Source: Oscillospiraceae bacterium (lineage in GTDB: Bacteria; Bacillota; Clostridia; Oscillospirales; UBA644). Taken from it: a stretch of 33,904 nt of DNA. The stretch is from NCBI GenBank assembly GCA_015067385.1, contig SVMP01000003.1, forward strand, positions 1 through 33,904, given 5' to 3'. Under the pieces are notes generated by a model. It was not told the origin of the DNA, ran no database searches, and saw nothing but the letters and a program-made list of their open reading frames with translations. Every line of letters starts with the position of its first letter. Position 1 is the first letter of the stretch. The position numbers and the translations under genes were made by a program. Positions 8,850-17,144 of this stretch are shown here, piece by piece.

Positions 8850-9651
8850 CCTTTGCCTCCACCTTTGCTATGACGGGAAAATGGTCCGACGGATACATGC
8901 CGCCGTAAGCCGTTCTGTCAATGTGTGCGGATACTATATCAAGCCGCTTTGTCGCAAAAATATAGTCGATCGGAGCACCTTTTTTCGTCCCCTTAAAGCC
9001 GTGATATGTGCGGATATTTTTCGGATCAAGGCGATAAAGAACGCGGAATGTGTCTTTTACAACAGTCCCCTCTTCGCCGTTTTCGAGCAGTGTTTTAACA
9101 GTCTTTGAGGTCGGCACGGCGTTGAAATCTCCCATTATGACGGTTCCGCAAAGCCGATCACTGTCGTATTTTTCGGCTAATCTCTTTATCAGCGCGATCC
9201 CTTTCCTTCTTGCAAAGGGACTGAAGCAGTCGAGATGCGTGTTGTATATCCGTATAAGAGCGCCGCTGTCTTTCTGCTTTAAGATGCACCATGTGCATAT
9301 TCTCGGAAAGAGCGAGAGCCACGATCTGCTCCCTTTTATCTTGGGAGAACGTGAGAGCCAGAACGTGTCCGATTCAATAAGCTCAAAAAGCTCTTTTTTA
9401 TAGAAAATAGCCGTGTATTCGCCTTTTTTGTTTAACGTTCTCGGGCTTCCCACACGTCCGTACCGCTCCGATATATCAGCCTTTTTTTCGAGAATGTCGA
9501 TAGAGGCTTCCGTCAGCTCCTGTGTACCGAGAATATCGGGCGAAACTTTTCCGAAAAATTCGGCTATCGAAGCTATTCTGTTGTGAAAATTCGCTTTCGA
9601 TCTTTCGAAGAGCGTCCGCTTCATGTTGAATGTTGCAACAGTATATGTCAA
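8836..9651 (-). CDS. Endonuclease/exonuclease/phosphatase (EEP) family protein
   Basis: ATFN, PDILGTQE, NTHLD, MGDFNA, IDYIF and SDHFPV motifs. Confidence 0.92.
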   Translation of the reverse strand: MTYTVATFNMKRTLFERSKANFHNRIASIAEFFGKVSPDILGTQELTEASIDILEKKADISERYGRVGSPRTLNKKGEYTAIFYKKELFELIESDTFWLSRSPKIKGSRSWLSLFPRICTWCILKQKDSGALIRIYNTHLDCFSPFARRKGIALIKRLAEKYDSDRLCGTVIMGDFNAVPTSKTVKTLLENGEEGTVVKDTFRVLYRLDPKNIRTYHGFKGTKKGAPIDYIFATKRLDIVSAHIDRTAYGGMYPSDHFPVIAKVEAKDENS

Positions 9652-9725
9652 ATCAAATCCTCTTTCTTAAAAGAGTCGAGCGCAGAACACGCCCCCAAGC
9701 ATTATTCTGCCCTCGAAATCCGATA

Positions 9726-10424
9726 TTAGTCTTTTTTCAGTATGGTCTGAGCCAGAAGAAGATCTTCTTTTGTCGTTATTTTTATGTTTGACGGCTCGCA
9801 TATGACCGTTTTTACCCTTACGCCGAGAGCTTCCGCCATCGATGAATCGTCCGTAAAATCGGAAAATCTGTTTCGGAAATGCTCGACCATTTTTGCATAT
9901 GTTTCTCTTGAAAAAATCTGCGGAGTTGCCGCCGCAATGAGAATTTTTCTGTCAACCGTGCGGTCTATAAAGCCGTCTGCCGTTATTGCTTTAACGGTGT
10001 TCACCTGTGGCATGGCAGCTATCGCCGCCCCGTGTTCGTATGCCGCAACGGCAACCGCATCAATGTCTTTCGGTGTTATCAGCGGTCGGGCACCGTCATG
10101 GACCGCAACGAACGGTACGCTCGGATCTGTCGCTTCAAAGCCCAAAGCCGCAGAACTCTGCCTGCATTTGCCGCCTTCAACGACTGCCGTTATTTTTTTC
10201 AGACCGAATCTTTCTTTTAATTCAAGAATATATTCTATTTTTTCTTTACGTGTCACAACGACCGTCTGTGCTGTCTGCTCGGATAACTCAAAGGCTCTCA
10301 GCGTGTGAACTATACACGGGAGATCTCCGATAAGCTGTTCAGTTTTGTCTTTGCCGAATCTTTCCGAGGAGCCCGCAGCCGTTACTATCGCCGAAATTTT
10401 GCCGTTTCCTGTCAATGCAAACAC
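9726..10424 (-). CDS. ispD: 2-C-methyl-D-erythritol 4-phosphate cytidylyltransferase IspD
   Basis: AAGSSERFG.DK, GGKCRQSS, VHDGARPL, TPQIF, TDDSSMAE and NIKITT motifs; exact start uncertain. Confidence 0.9.
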   Translation of the reverse strand: MFALTGNGKISAIVTAAGSSERFGKDKTEQLIGDLPCIVHTLRAFELSEQTAQTVVVTRKEKIEYILELKERFGLKKITAVVEGGKCRQSSAALGFEATDPSVPFVAVHDGARPLITPKDIDAVAVAAYEHGAAIAAMPQVNTVKAITADGFIDRTVDRKILIAAATPQIFSRETYAKMVEHFRNRFSDFTDDSSMAEALGVRVKTVICEPSNIKITTKEDLLLAQTILKKD

Positions 10425-10457
10425 TCTTTCATTATAAATATAATCATATCACACAAT

Positions 10458-10485
10458 ATTATACGTTTTTTTTTTCATTTGTCAA
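10458..10485 (-). promoter_or_regulatory. Sigma-A promoter for ispD-EEP-dedA
   Basis: TTGACA (10485-10480), 16-bp spacer, TATAAT (10463-10458). Confidence 0.65.
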
Positions 10486-10496
10486 GGGTTTGGTTA

Positions 10497-10525
10497 TTGA
10501 TTTTTTCTAAAATTTAGTATATAAT
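10497..10525 (+). promoter_or_regulatory. Sigma-A promoter for the ymdB operon (divergent from the ispD promoter)
   Basis: TTGATT (10497-10502), 17-bp spacer, TATAAT (10520-10525). Confidence 0.6.
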
Positions 10526-10597
10526 GATATAGGAAAAGTTTTTGTCTTCAAAAACCGACCGCGAATCATAAAAGAATTTAATTATCGAGTGTTTTTT

Positions 10598-11347
10598 ATG
10601 CGAGTATTGTTTATAGGCGATGTCGTCGGAAAAGCAGGTCTTACGTACCTGAAAAAAAATCTGAGCAAGCTGATCTCGGAATATCCGTGCGATATCGTTG
10701 TTGCCAACGGCGAAAATGTTAATCAAAAAAACGGAATAACATCTTATGAGGCTGAAGAGCTTCATTATGCCGGGGTCGATATAATAACCCTCGGCAATCA
10801 TGCATTCCGTCAGCAGAGCGTTTACGGCTTTCTTGACGATTGCAACTACATCGTTCGCCCCGCAAATTACCCTTCCGCAAGTCCGGGCGTGGGAACGGCG
10901 GAGTTTGACACGGCAAAAGGTAAGGTCGTTGTCGTTTCTCTTGCCGGTCAGGTCGATCTTGAACCTGCGGACAACCCCTTTTACACTGCGGATAAGATCG
11001 TTGCGGCTAACAGCGATGCGTTTATTATCGTTGATTTTCACGCAGAAGCGACAAGCGAAAAACGTGCTCTCGGCTATTATCTTGACGGCAGAGCAGGCTG
11101 CGTTTTCGGTACGCATACTCATGTTCCCACCGCCGACGAACAGTTTTTGCCGAAAGGCACGGCTTATATTACCGATGTCGGTATGACGGGAGCGTCGGAT
11201 TCCGTTCTCGGCGCAAAAAAACACCAGGCTATACAAAGATTTTTGACCCGTGCATATGTTCCGCTTGAACAGGCTGAGGAAAAACCTGTTATAAATGCGG
11301 TATATGCCGACACAGAAAAGAAATACATCGTGAGGATAACCCTGTAA
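10598..11347 (+). CDS. ymdB: YmdB/TIGR00282 family metallophosphoesterase
   Basis: LFIGDVVG, NGEN, ITLGNH, VDFHAEATSEK, GTHTHVPTAD and TDVGMTG motifs. Confidence 0.93.
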   Translation: MRVLFIGDVVGKAGLTYLKKNLSKLISEYPCDIVVANGENVNQKNGITSYEAEELHYAGVDIITLGNHAFRQQSVYGFLDDCNYIVRPANYPSASPGVGTAEFDTAKGKVVVVSLAGQVDLEPADNPFYTADKIVAANSDAFIIVDFHAEATSEKRALGYYLDGRAGCVFGTHTHVPTADEQFLPKGTAYITDVGMTGASDSVLGAKKHQAIQRFLTRAYVPLEQAEEKPVINAVYADTEKKYIVRITL

Positions 11348-12771
11348 TGTACACTAAAGAAGATCTTAAAAGGCATCTTGCCGAAATGAATTTTTTCCCT
11401 TGGGACACCGTTCTCGTTCACTCTTCCATGAAATCCATAGGCGAAGTTGAGGGAGGAGCAGACACCGTTCTTGACGCTTTCAGCGAATATTTTTCGGACG
11501 GTCTTCTCATTTTCCCCACTCATTCATGGGCGACAATAGATGAAAAGCATTATATCTACGATCCCGAAAAAGAGCCTTCATGCGTAGGCCTTCTCACAAA
11601 TATGTTTATGAAACGTCCGGGCGTCGTCCGTTCGCTTCACCCTACCCACTCCGTTGCGGTCCTCGGCGCAAGAGCCAAGGAATTTATTGAGGGCGAAGAA
11701 TTCGCAACCACCCCCTGCCCCAGAAACGGCTGTTGGGGACGTCTTATCGAAGAAAGGGCAAAGATCCTTTTCCTCGGCTGCCCTCTCACAAAATTTACAT
11801 TCGTTCACGGCCCTGAGGAATGGCTCGATATTCCCGACAGACTTGCCCCCAACCCCATCGATCTTAAAATAAAAATGCCCGACGGAACATATCTTGACAG
11901 CCGTTTCCGCAAGCATCAGTGTTCTTTCGGCAATGTTTCAGACAATTTCGGCAAGCTCACCGAGCCGCTTATCGCAAAAGGCATCGCTCAGAAAGGTAAA
12001 TTCGGCGATGCGGAATGTATCATCGCAGATGCCGCACGTTCTTCCGAGTTTGTCATTCGTCTTCTTCAGACAGACCCCGAAATATTCAACGACCCCTCCC
12101 CCATTCCCGAAGAATATTTTGCCGTCAGACGTAAAATGAAAATTTCTCCGTCCATTCTCGCATGCGATATTTCAAAGCTCGGCAGCGAGATAGCGTCTGT
12201 TCCCAATGCCGATTTTATACATATCGACGTTATGGACGGACATTTCGTTCCGAATCTTTCGTTCGGCATTCCCATCGTTGAAGCCGTAAATAAAGTGACG
12301 GACCTCCCCCTCGACCTTCATCTTATGATCGACAATCCCTCAAAATATATTGAAGATTTCGCAAATGCGGGCGCAGACATAATAAGCGTTCATTATGAGG
12401 TTGACGAGGATCTTTCAGCCCTCATCTCGCTTATCAGATCGTTCGGCGTCAAGCCTGCCGTTGCTCTCAAACCCAAGACCCCCGTTGAAGTTATCTACCC
12501 CTATCTCGACAGTCTCGACTCCGTTCTTATCATGACTGTTGAACCCGGCTTCGGCGGTCAGACTCTTCACGAAGAATGTCTCGGTAAGGTAAGAAAGCTC
12601 CGCAACGAAATAAGAAGAAGAGGCCTTTCCGTTGAGATCGAAGCGGACGGCGGTATAAACGCTTCCAATCTTGCCGCCGTATCACGTTCGGGCGTTTCCA
12701 TTGCGGTTATGGGTACGGCTCTCTTTAAAGAAGACGACAGACAGGCGTTTATCGACAGGTGCAAGGGCTGA
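11347..12771 (+). CDS. rpe: Fusion of an AAC(3)-family N-acetyltransferase (aa ~1-260) and ribulose-phosphate 3-epimerase (aa 264-474)
   Basis: N-terminal part: VLVHSSMKSIG, RSLHPTHSVA, ILFLG, TFVHGPEE. C-terminal part from codon 12136: ISPSIL, HIDVMDGHFVPNLSFG, DLHLMI, MTVEPGFGGQ, ADGGIN. One uninterrupted frame. Confidence 0.88.
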   Translation: MYTKEDLKRHLAEMNFFPWDTVLVHSSMKSIGEVEGGADTVLDAFSEYFSDGLLIFPTHSWATIDEKHYIYDPEKEPSCVGLLTNMFMKRPGVVRSLHPTHSVAVLGARAKEFIEGEEFATTPCPRNGCWGRLIEERAKILFLGCPLTKFTFVHGPEEWLDIPDRLAPNPIDLKIKMPDGTYLDSRFRKHQCSFGNVSDNFGKLTEPLIAKGIAQKGKFGDAECIIADAARSSEFVIRLLQTDPEIFNDPSPIPEEYFAVRRKMKISPSILACDISKLGSEIASVPNADFIHIDVMDGHFVPNLSFGIPIVEAVNKVTDLPLDLHLMIDNPSKYIEDFANAGADIISVHYEVDEDLSALISLIRSFGVKPAVALKPKTPVEVIYPYLDSLDSVLIMTVEPGFGGQTLHEECLGKVRKLRNEIRRRGLSVEIEADGGINASNLAAVSRSGVSIAVMGTALFKEDDRQAFIDRCKG

Positions 12772-13397
12772 TGGGTATTTTCAGCGGAATGGAGAGAGTT
12801 GTCAACGAAAATACTCTCAATATAAGAAAGATCCTGCTTGATCCGGACAGAACGGCTATGATAAACGTCAATACGTCCGACGGCTTCTTCAAAAAAGGTC
12901 CGTTCGTCTCTTCTCATATGTCTTCTGCAATAAAAAATCTCGTTCGCATTAACGAATACCTGCTCCATTGCAGACGTGTCTTTGCAGTCGATTATCATAA
13001 CCCCAAAAGCGCAGAGTTCAGAACGTTTCCCGAACATTGTACGACCGATGAATCGTGTCAGATAATCGAAGAGCTCGACAAGTTCGCATCCTCTTCCGAT
13101 ATCGTTGTTAAAAACTGCGCAAACGCAATGTTCTCAAACGCTTTTCTCCGTTGGTTTGCAGATAATGCCGACACTCTCGACAATTTTATTATCGTCGGCG
13201 CTCATACCGACATCGACGTTATGCAGCTCGCGCTCTCTCTTCGCTCTTATTTTAACGAACGGGACAGGTCCGTCAAGATCATCGTCGTTTTGAATGCGTG
13301 CAGAACATTTGCCGCAGAATCTCATAATGCGGACGATTTTCACACCTTCGCCGCTTATAATATGCTTCTTAACGGCATTACTTGCGCTAATGTCTGA
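12771..13397 (+). CDS. Isochorismatase/nicotinamidase-like (cysteine hydrolase fold) protein with substituted catalytic residues
   Basis: VDYH, AEFRTFPEHC, VKN and GAHTDIDVMQLALSLRSYFNE; ATG 12771 overlaps the upstream stop (TGATG). Confidence 0.8.
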   Translation: MGIFSGMERVVNENTLNIRKILLDPDRTAMINVNTSDGFFKKGPFVSSHMSSAIKNLVRINEYLLHCRRVFAVDYHNPKSAEFRTFPEHCTTDESCQIIEELDKFASSSDIVVKNCANAMFSNAFLRWFADNADTLDNFIIVGAHTDIDVMQLALSLRSYFNERDRSVKIIVVLNACRTFAAESHNADDFHTFAAYNMLLNGITCANV

Positions 13398-13425
13398 CAA
13401 ATATCACGTATTTTGATAAAACCTA

Positions 13426-13454
13426 TTGACAATTCACGTTAAATGATATATAAT
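13426..13454 (+). promoter_or_regulatory. Consensus sigma-A promoter of recA
   Basis: TTGACA (13426-13431), 17-bp spacer, TATAAT (13449-13454). Confidence 0.8.
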
Positions 13455-13491
13455 AAGCTGAAATATTCCAAAACACATGGAGGAAATTTTT

Positions 13492-14568
13492 ATGCAGGAT
13501 GCAAAACAGAAAGCACTTGACACCGCGCTTGCACAAATCGAAAAACAGTACGGCAAAGGCTCCGTAATGCTTCTCGGTCAGAATGCGGCAATGAATATAG
13601 ATTCGATATCCACAGGTTCTTTTTCTCTTGATATGGCGCTCGGTATAGGCGGCGTACCGAAGGGAAGAATAGTTGAAATATACGGTCCCGAAAGCTCAGG
13701 TAAAACAACGGTTGCGCTTCATATGGTCGCCGAAAGCCAGAAGGCAGGCGGCACTGCGGCATTTATCGATGCTGAACATGCCCTCGATCCCGAATATGCA
13801 AGAAATCTCGGCGTTGATATCGATTCTCTTCTCGTCTCTCAGCCCGATAACGGCGAGCAGGCGCTTGAGATAACCGAAACTCTCGTTCGCTCCGGCGCTA
13901 TCGATATAATAATCGTTGACTCCGTTGCGGCTCTCGTTCCCCGTCAGGAGCTTGAGGGCGATATGGGCGACAGTCATGTCGGTCTTCATGCCCGTCTCAT
14001 GTCTCAGGCATTGAGAAAACTTGCAGGCGCCATCTCAAAATCAATGTGCGTTGTTGTATTTATCAACCAGCTCCGTGAAAAAGTCGGCGTTGTTTACGGA
14101 AATCCCGAAACAACAACCGGCGGCCGTGCGCTTAAGTTCTACGCATCGGTACGTCTCGACGTAAGAAAGGTCGAAAATCTCAAGGTCGGCGGCGATGTTA
14201 TCGGCTCAAGAACAAGAGTCAAGGTCGTTAAAAACAAGGTCGCTCCCCCGTTCAAGGAAGCCGAGTTCGATATCCTCTACGGCAAAGGAATCTCACGTGA
14301 CGGCGAAATTCTCGATATTGCCGTAAAACTCGATATCGTTCAGAAATCGGGCGCATGGTTCTCGTACGACGGAAGCCGTCTCGGTCAGGGCAGAGATAAC
14401 TGCCGAGAGCTTATTCGCAATAATGCGGAGCTTCGTACAGAGCTTGAACAGAAGATCACCGCCGCTCTCAAAAATACGGGCGAGGATCTTTCCGATGTTG
14501 TTAAAACAAAATCCGAATCACCGTCTTCCAAGGTCTCCATTGACGTTTCCGCAGAAGATTTTGATTGA
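13492..14568 (+). CDS. recA: Recombinase A
   Basis: [35 protein letters not shown] and GGRALKFY motifs; GGAGG RBS before ATG 13492. Confidence 0.99.
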   Translation: MQDAKQKALDTALAQIEKQYGKGSVMLLGQNAAMNIDSISTGSFSLDMALGIGGVPKGRIVEIYGPESSGKTTVALHMVAESQKAGGTAAFIDAEHALDPEYARNLGVDIDSLLVSQPDNGEQALEITETLVRSGAIDIIIVDSVAALVPRQELEGDMGDSHVGLHARLMSQALRKLAGAISKSMCVVVFINQLREKVGVVYGNPETTTGGRALKFYASVRLDVRKVENLKVGGDVIGSRTRVKVVKNKVAPPFKEAEFDILYGKGISRDGEILDIAVKLDIVQKSGAWFSYDGSRLGQGRDNCRELIRNNAELRTELEQKITAALKNTGEDLSDVVKTKSESPSSKVSIDVSAEDFD

Positions 14569-14570
14569 TA

Positions 14571-15203
14571 ATGTTTAAAATAACGGAGATCTCTCCTCAG
14601 CAAAAAGGCAATCTGCTCAATGTTTTTGTTAACGGAGAATATTCTTTTTCCGCAGATTCCGGGTTTATAGTCGATGAAGATATTTTTGTCGGCAGATCTC
14701 TTGAAAACGACGGACTTTGCGCGCTTAAACGTTCGGCGGAGATAAGAAAAGCCGTCCGTCATGCCCTCTATTTGCTCGAACACCGTGATTTCTCGAAAAA
14801 AGAGCTGTCGAAACGTCTTGAAGAGAAGGGTTACGATGAGGAATGCTCTTTGGCGGCGGCGGAGAAGATCGCCGAAATGGGCTATATAAACGACAGACGT
14901 TACGCAGAACGCCTTGTCGAACGTAAAAAAAATAAAGTCGGCTTGCAGCAGATACGCTATGAGCTTGCAAAAGCAGGTATCTGCAGGGAAGAACTTGACG
15001 ATGTTCTTGCCGAAACATATGCCGAAAGCGACGGCGTTGACGCTGTCGTTAAAGAAATGCGTCGTAAATTGAAAGGGAAAACGGTTGATCCCGATGACAG
15101 AAAAGCAATGTCGAAGCTTTTTAATTCTTTTCGAGCAAAAGGCTTTGATTTTGAAACAATAAAAGACGCATATGAAAAATACTGTGAAAACGAGGACGAA
15201 TAA
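14571..15203 (+). CDS. recX: Regulatory protein RecX
   Basis: Directly after recA; ALYLLEHRDFSKKELSKRL, GYINDRRYAE, IRYELAKAGI and KGF motifs. Confidence 0.9.
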   Translation: MFKITEISPQQKGNLLNVFVNGEYSFSADSGFIVDEDIFVGRSLENDGLCALKRSAEIRKAVRHALYLLEHRDFSKKELSKRLEEKGYDEECSLAAAEKIAEMGYINDRRYAERLVERKKNKVGLQQIRYELAKAGICREELDDVLAETYAESDGVDAVVKEMRRKLKGKTVDPDDRKAMSKLFNSFRAKGFDFETIKDAYEKYCENEDE

Positions 15204-15204
15204 A

Positions 15205-16515
15205 TTGATCGAAAATACTAAAGTCGGGATGGTTGCTCTCGGCTGTGAAAAAAACAGAATAGATGCCGAGGTCATGCTTGCCGCTCTTGAAAACGAGGGC
15301 TGTGAGCTTTGTGCCGACGAAAGCGAGTGCGACGTTATAATCGTTCATACCTGCACATTTATCGATAAGGCGAAGGATGAAAGTATTGAAAACATACTTC
15401 ATGCCGCAGAACAGAAAAAGATCGGCAAATGTAAAAAACTTATCGTTACCGGCTGTCTTGCAGAACGCTACAGAAGCGAGATCCTCGAAGCTATTCCCGA
15501 GGTCGATGTTATTCTCGGAAGCAAGAGCTTCGATAAGGTAGTTGAGGCGATAAAGAAGCCCGAAAAAGAGGTTTTTGAACATTACGAACCGCTTTCCTCC
15601 GTAACCCCCACCGGAGCCCGTGTCCTCACCTCCCCCAATTATTCCGTATTTTTAAAGATCGCAGACGGATGTTCAAACCATTGCTCTTACTGCGTTATCC
15701 CGTCCGTAAGAGGCGAGTTTATGCCGAGACCTTTTGTTGACGTCGTTGCCGAAGCAGAGGCTCTTGCCGCAAACGGTGCCGTTGAAATAAACCTCATCGC
15801 TCAGGACACGACCGCCTACCCCGATCTTTGTAAACTTATTAAAAGAATTGCCGCTATCGAAACGGTTAAATGGGTACGCATTCTCTACTGCCGCCCCGAA
15901 GAGATCTCCGATGAGCTTATCGATCTTATGGCGACCGAGGAAAAGCTCGTCAAGTATATCGATGTACCGCTTCAACATGCATCGGAACACGTTCTCAAGC
16001 TTATGAACAGATCTATGAGCGACAGCGAGCTTTCTGCGCTCGTCGAAAAGCTCCGTTCACGTATCCCCGATGTTTCCTTGCGTACCACCTTCATCGCAGG
16101 CTTCCCGCATGAGACCGAGGAAGATTTCGAGATACTTTGCAATTTCGTCAAAGCGTCCCGTTTTAACAATCTCGGCGTCTTTACCTACTCCAAGGAGGAG
16201 GGCACAAAGGCAGGCAGAATGCACGGTCAGATCGATCAGGAAACAAAGGAACGCAGAGCCGATATCGTAATGAACATTCAAATGACTCTCCTCGAAAGCA
16301 TCAACGATGAATTTATCGGTAAAACGTTCGATGTTCTCTGCGAGGGCTATGATGAGGAAAAAGAGCTTTACACCGGCAGAACTTACTTCCAGGCACCCGA
16401 TATCGACGGCAGGGTCTATTTCTCTTCCGACGATCCCGTTGAAGAAGGCGAATTTTGCAAGGTCACACTTAATGTTTACGACACATATGATTTTTACGGA
16501 AAGGTTTGTGAATAA
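15205..16515 (+). CDS. rimO: Ribosomal protein S12 methylthiotransferase RimO
   Basis: LGCEKNRID, TCTFIDKAKDES, GCLAERY, radical-SAM CSNHCSYC and QAPDIDG motifs; TTG 15205 with GAGG RBS (ORF-track start 15172 is also possible). Confidence 0.93.
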   Translation: MIENTKVGMVALGCEKNRIDAEVMLAALENEGCELCADESECDVIIVHTCTFIDKAKDESIENILHAAEQKKIGKCKKLIVTGCLAERYRSEILEAIPEVDVILGSKSFDKVVEAIKKPEKEVFEHYEPLSSVTPTGARVLTSPNYSVFLKIADGCSNHCSYCVIPSVRGEFMPRPFVDVVAEAEALAANGAVEINLIAQDTTAYPDLCKLIKRIAAIETVKWVRILYCRPEEISDELIDLMATEEKLVKYIDVPLQHASEHVLKLMNRSMSDSELSALVEKLRSRIPDVSLRTTFIAGFPHETEEDFEILCNFVKASRFNNLGVFTYSKEEGTKAGRMHGQIDQETKERRADIVMNIQMTLLESINDEFIGKTFDVLCEGYDEEKELYTGRTYFQAPDIDGRVYFSSDDPVEEGEFCKVTLNVYDTYDFYGKVCE

Positions 16516-16517
16516 AT

Positions 16518-17123
16518 ATGATAAAAAAATTGCCTAATATGATCTGTTGGTTTCGAATAATCCTCATTCCTTTCGTTCTTCTTTTTATGCTGACAAATCC
16601 CGTTACCGCAGATATGTCGATACAGACACGTTTTCTCATCGGCGGCATAATCTTCGGCGTTGCAATGATTTCCGACGCTGTTGACGGTAAGATCGCAAGA
16701 AAATACGATGCTGTAACAAATTTCGGCAAATTTCTCGATCCCATCGCCGATAAATTGCTCGTTCTGAGCGTTCTTATGGCGTTTGTTGAACTTAAAATGC
16801 TTTCATCTATCCCTGTTATCCTTATTCTTGCGCGCGAATTTCTCGTTACCGGGCTTCGTCTCGGCGCTGCAGGCAAGGGTACGGTTGTTGCCGCAAACTA
16901 CTGGGGCAAGGTAAAAACAGCGCTTCAGGGTATTTCCATCGGTGCAACATTTGTTTTTGTTGCGCTTTTCCCCGAAACACTTCTCGGCACCCCCTCTGTT
17001 ATTGACGGACAGAATGTTTGCAATCTTCTCATTCCGCAGATCCTTCTCTGGATATCCGCTGTTTATTCCGTCATTTCCGCAATTCCTTATTACAATGCTA
17101 TGAAACAGTATATAAAAGACTGA
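16518..17123 (+). CDS. pgsA: CDP-diacylglycerol--glycerol-3-phosphate 3-phosphatidyltransferase
   Basis: SDAVDGKIARKYDAVTNFGKFLDPIADK CDP-alcohol phosphotransferase motif, plus REFLVTGLR and GKVKT. Confidence 0.95.
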   Translation: MIKKLPNMICWFRIILIPFVLLFMLTNPVTADMSIQTRFLIGGIIFGVAMISDAVDGKIARKYDAVTNFGKFLDPIADKLLVLSVLMAFVELKMLSSIPVILILAREFLVTGLRLGAAGKGTVVAANYWGKVKTALQGISIGATFVFVALFPETLLGTPSVIDGQNVCNLLIPQILLWISAVYSVISAIPYYNAMKQYIKD

Positions 17124-17144
17124 TTTTAGGGAGATAAAACACAA

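Noticed and set aside
11347-12135. Calling the AAC(3) domain an acquired aminoglycoside-resistance gene
   Set aside because: No mobile context, composition similar to neighbours, and family membership alone does not establish the substrate.
17124-17144. Expected T-box leader upstream of cysS
   Set aside because: Only 21 bp separate pgsA and cysS, leaving no room for a T-box.
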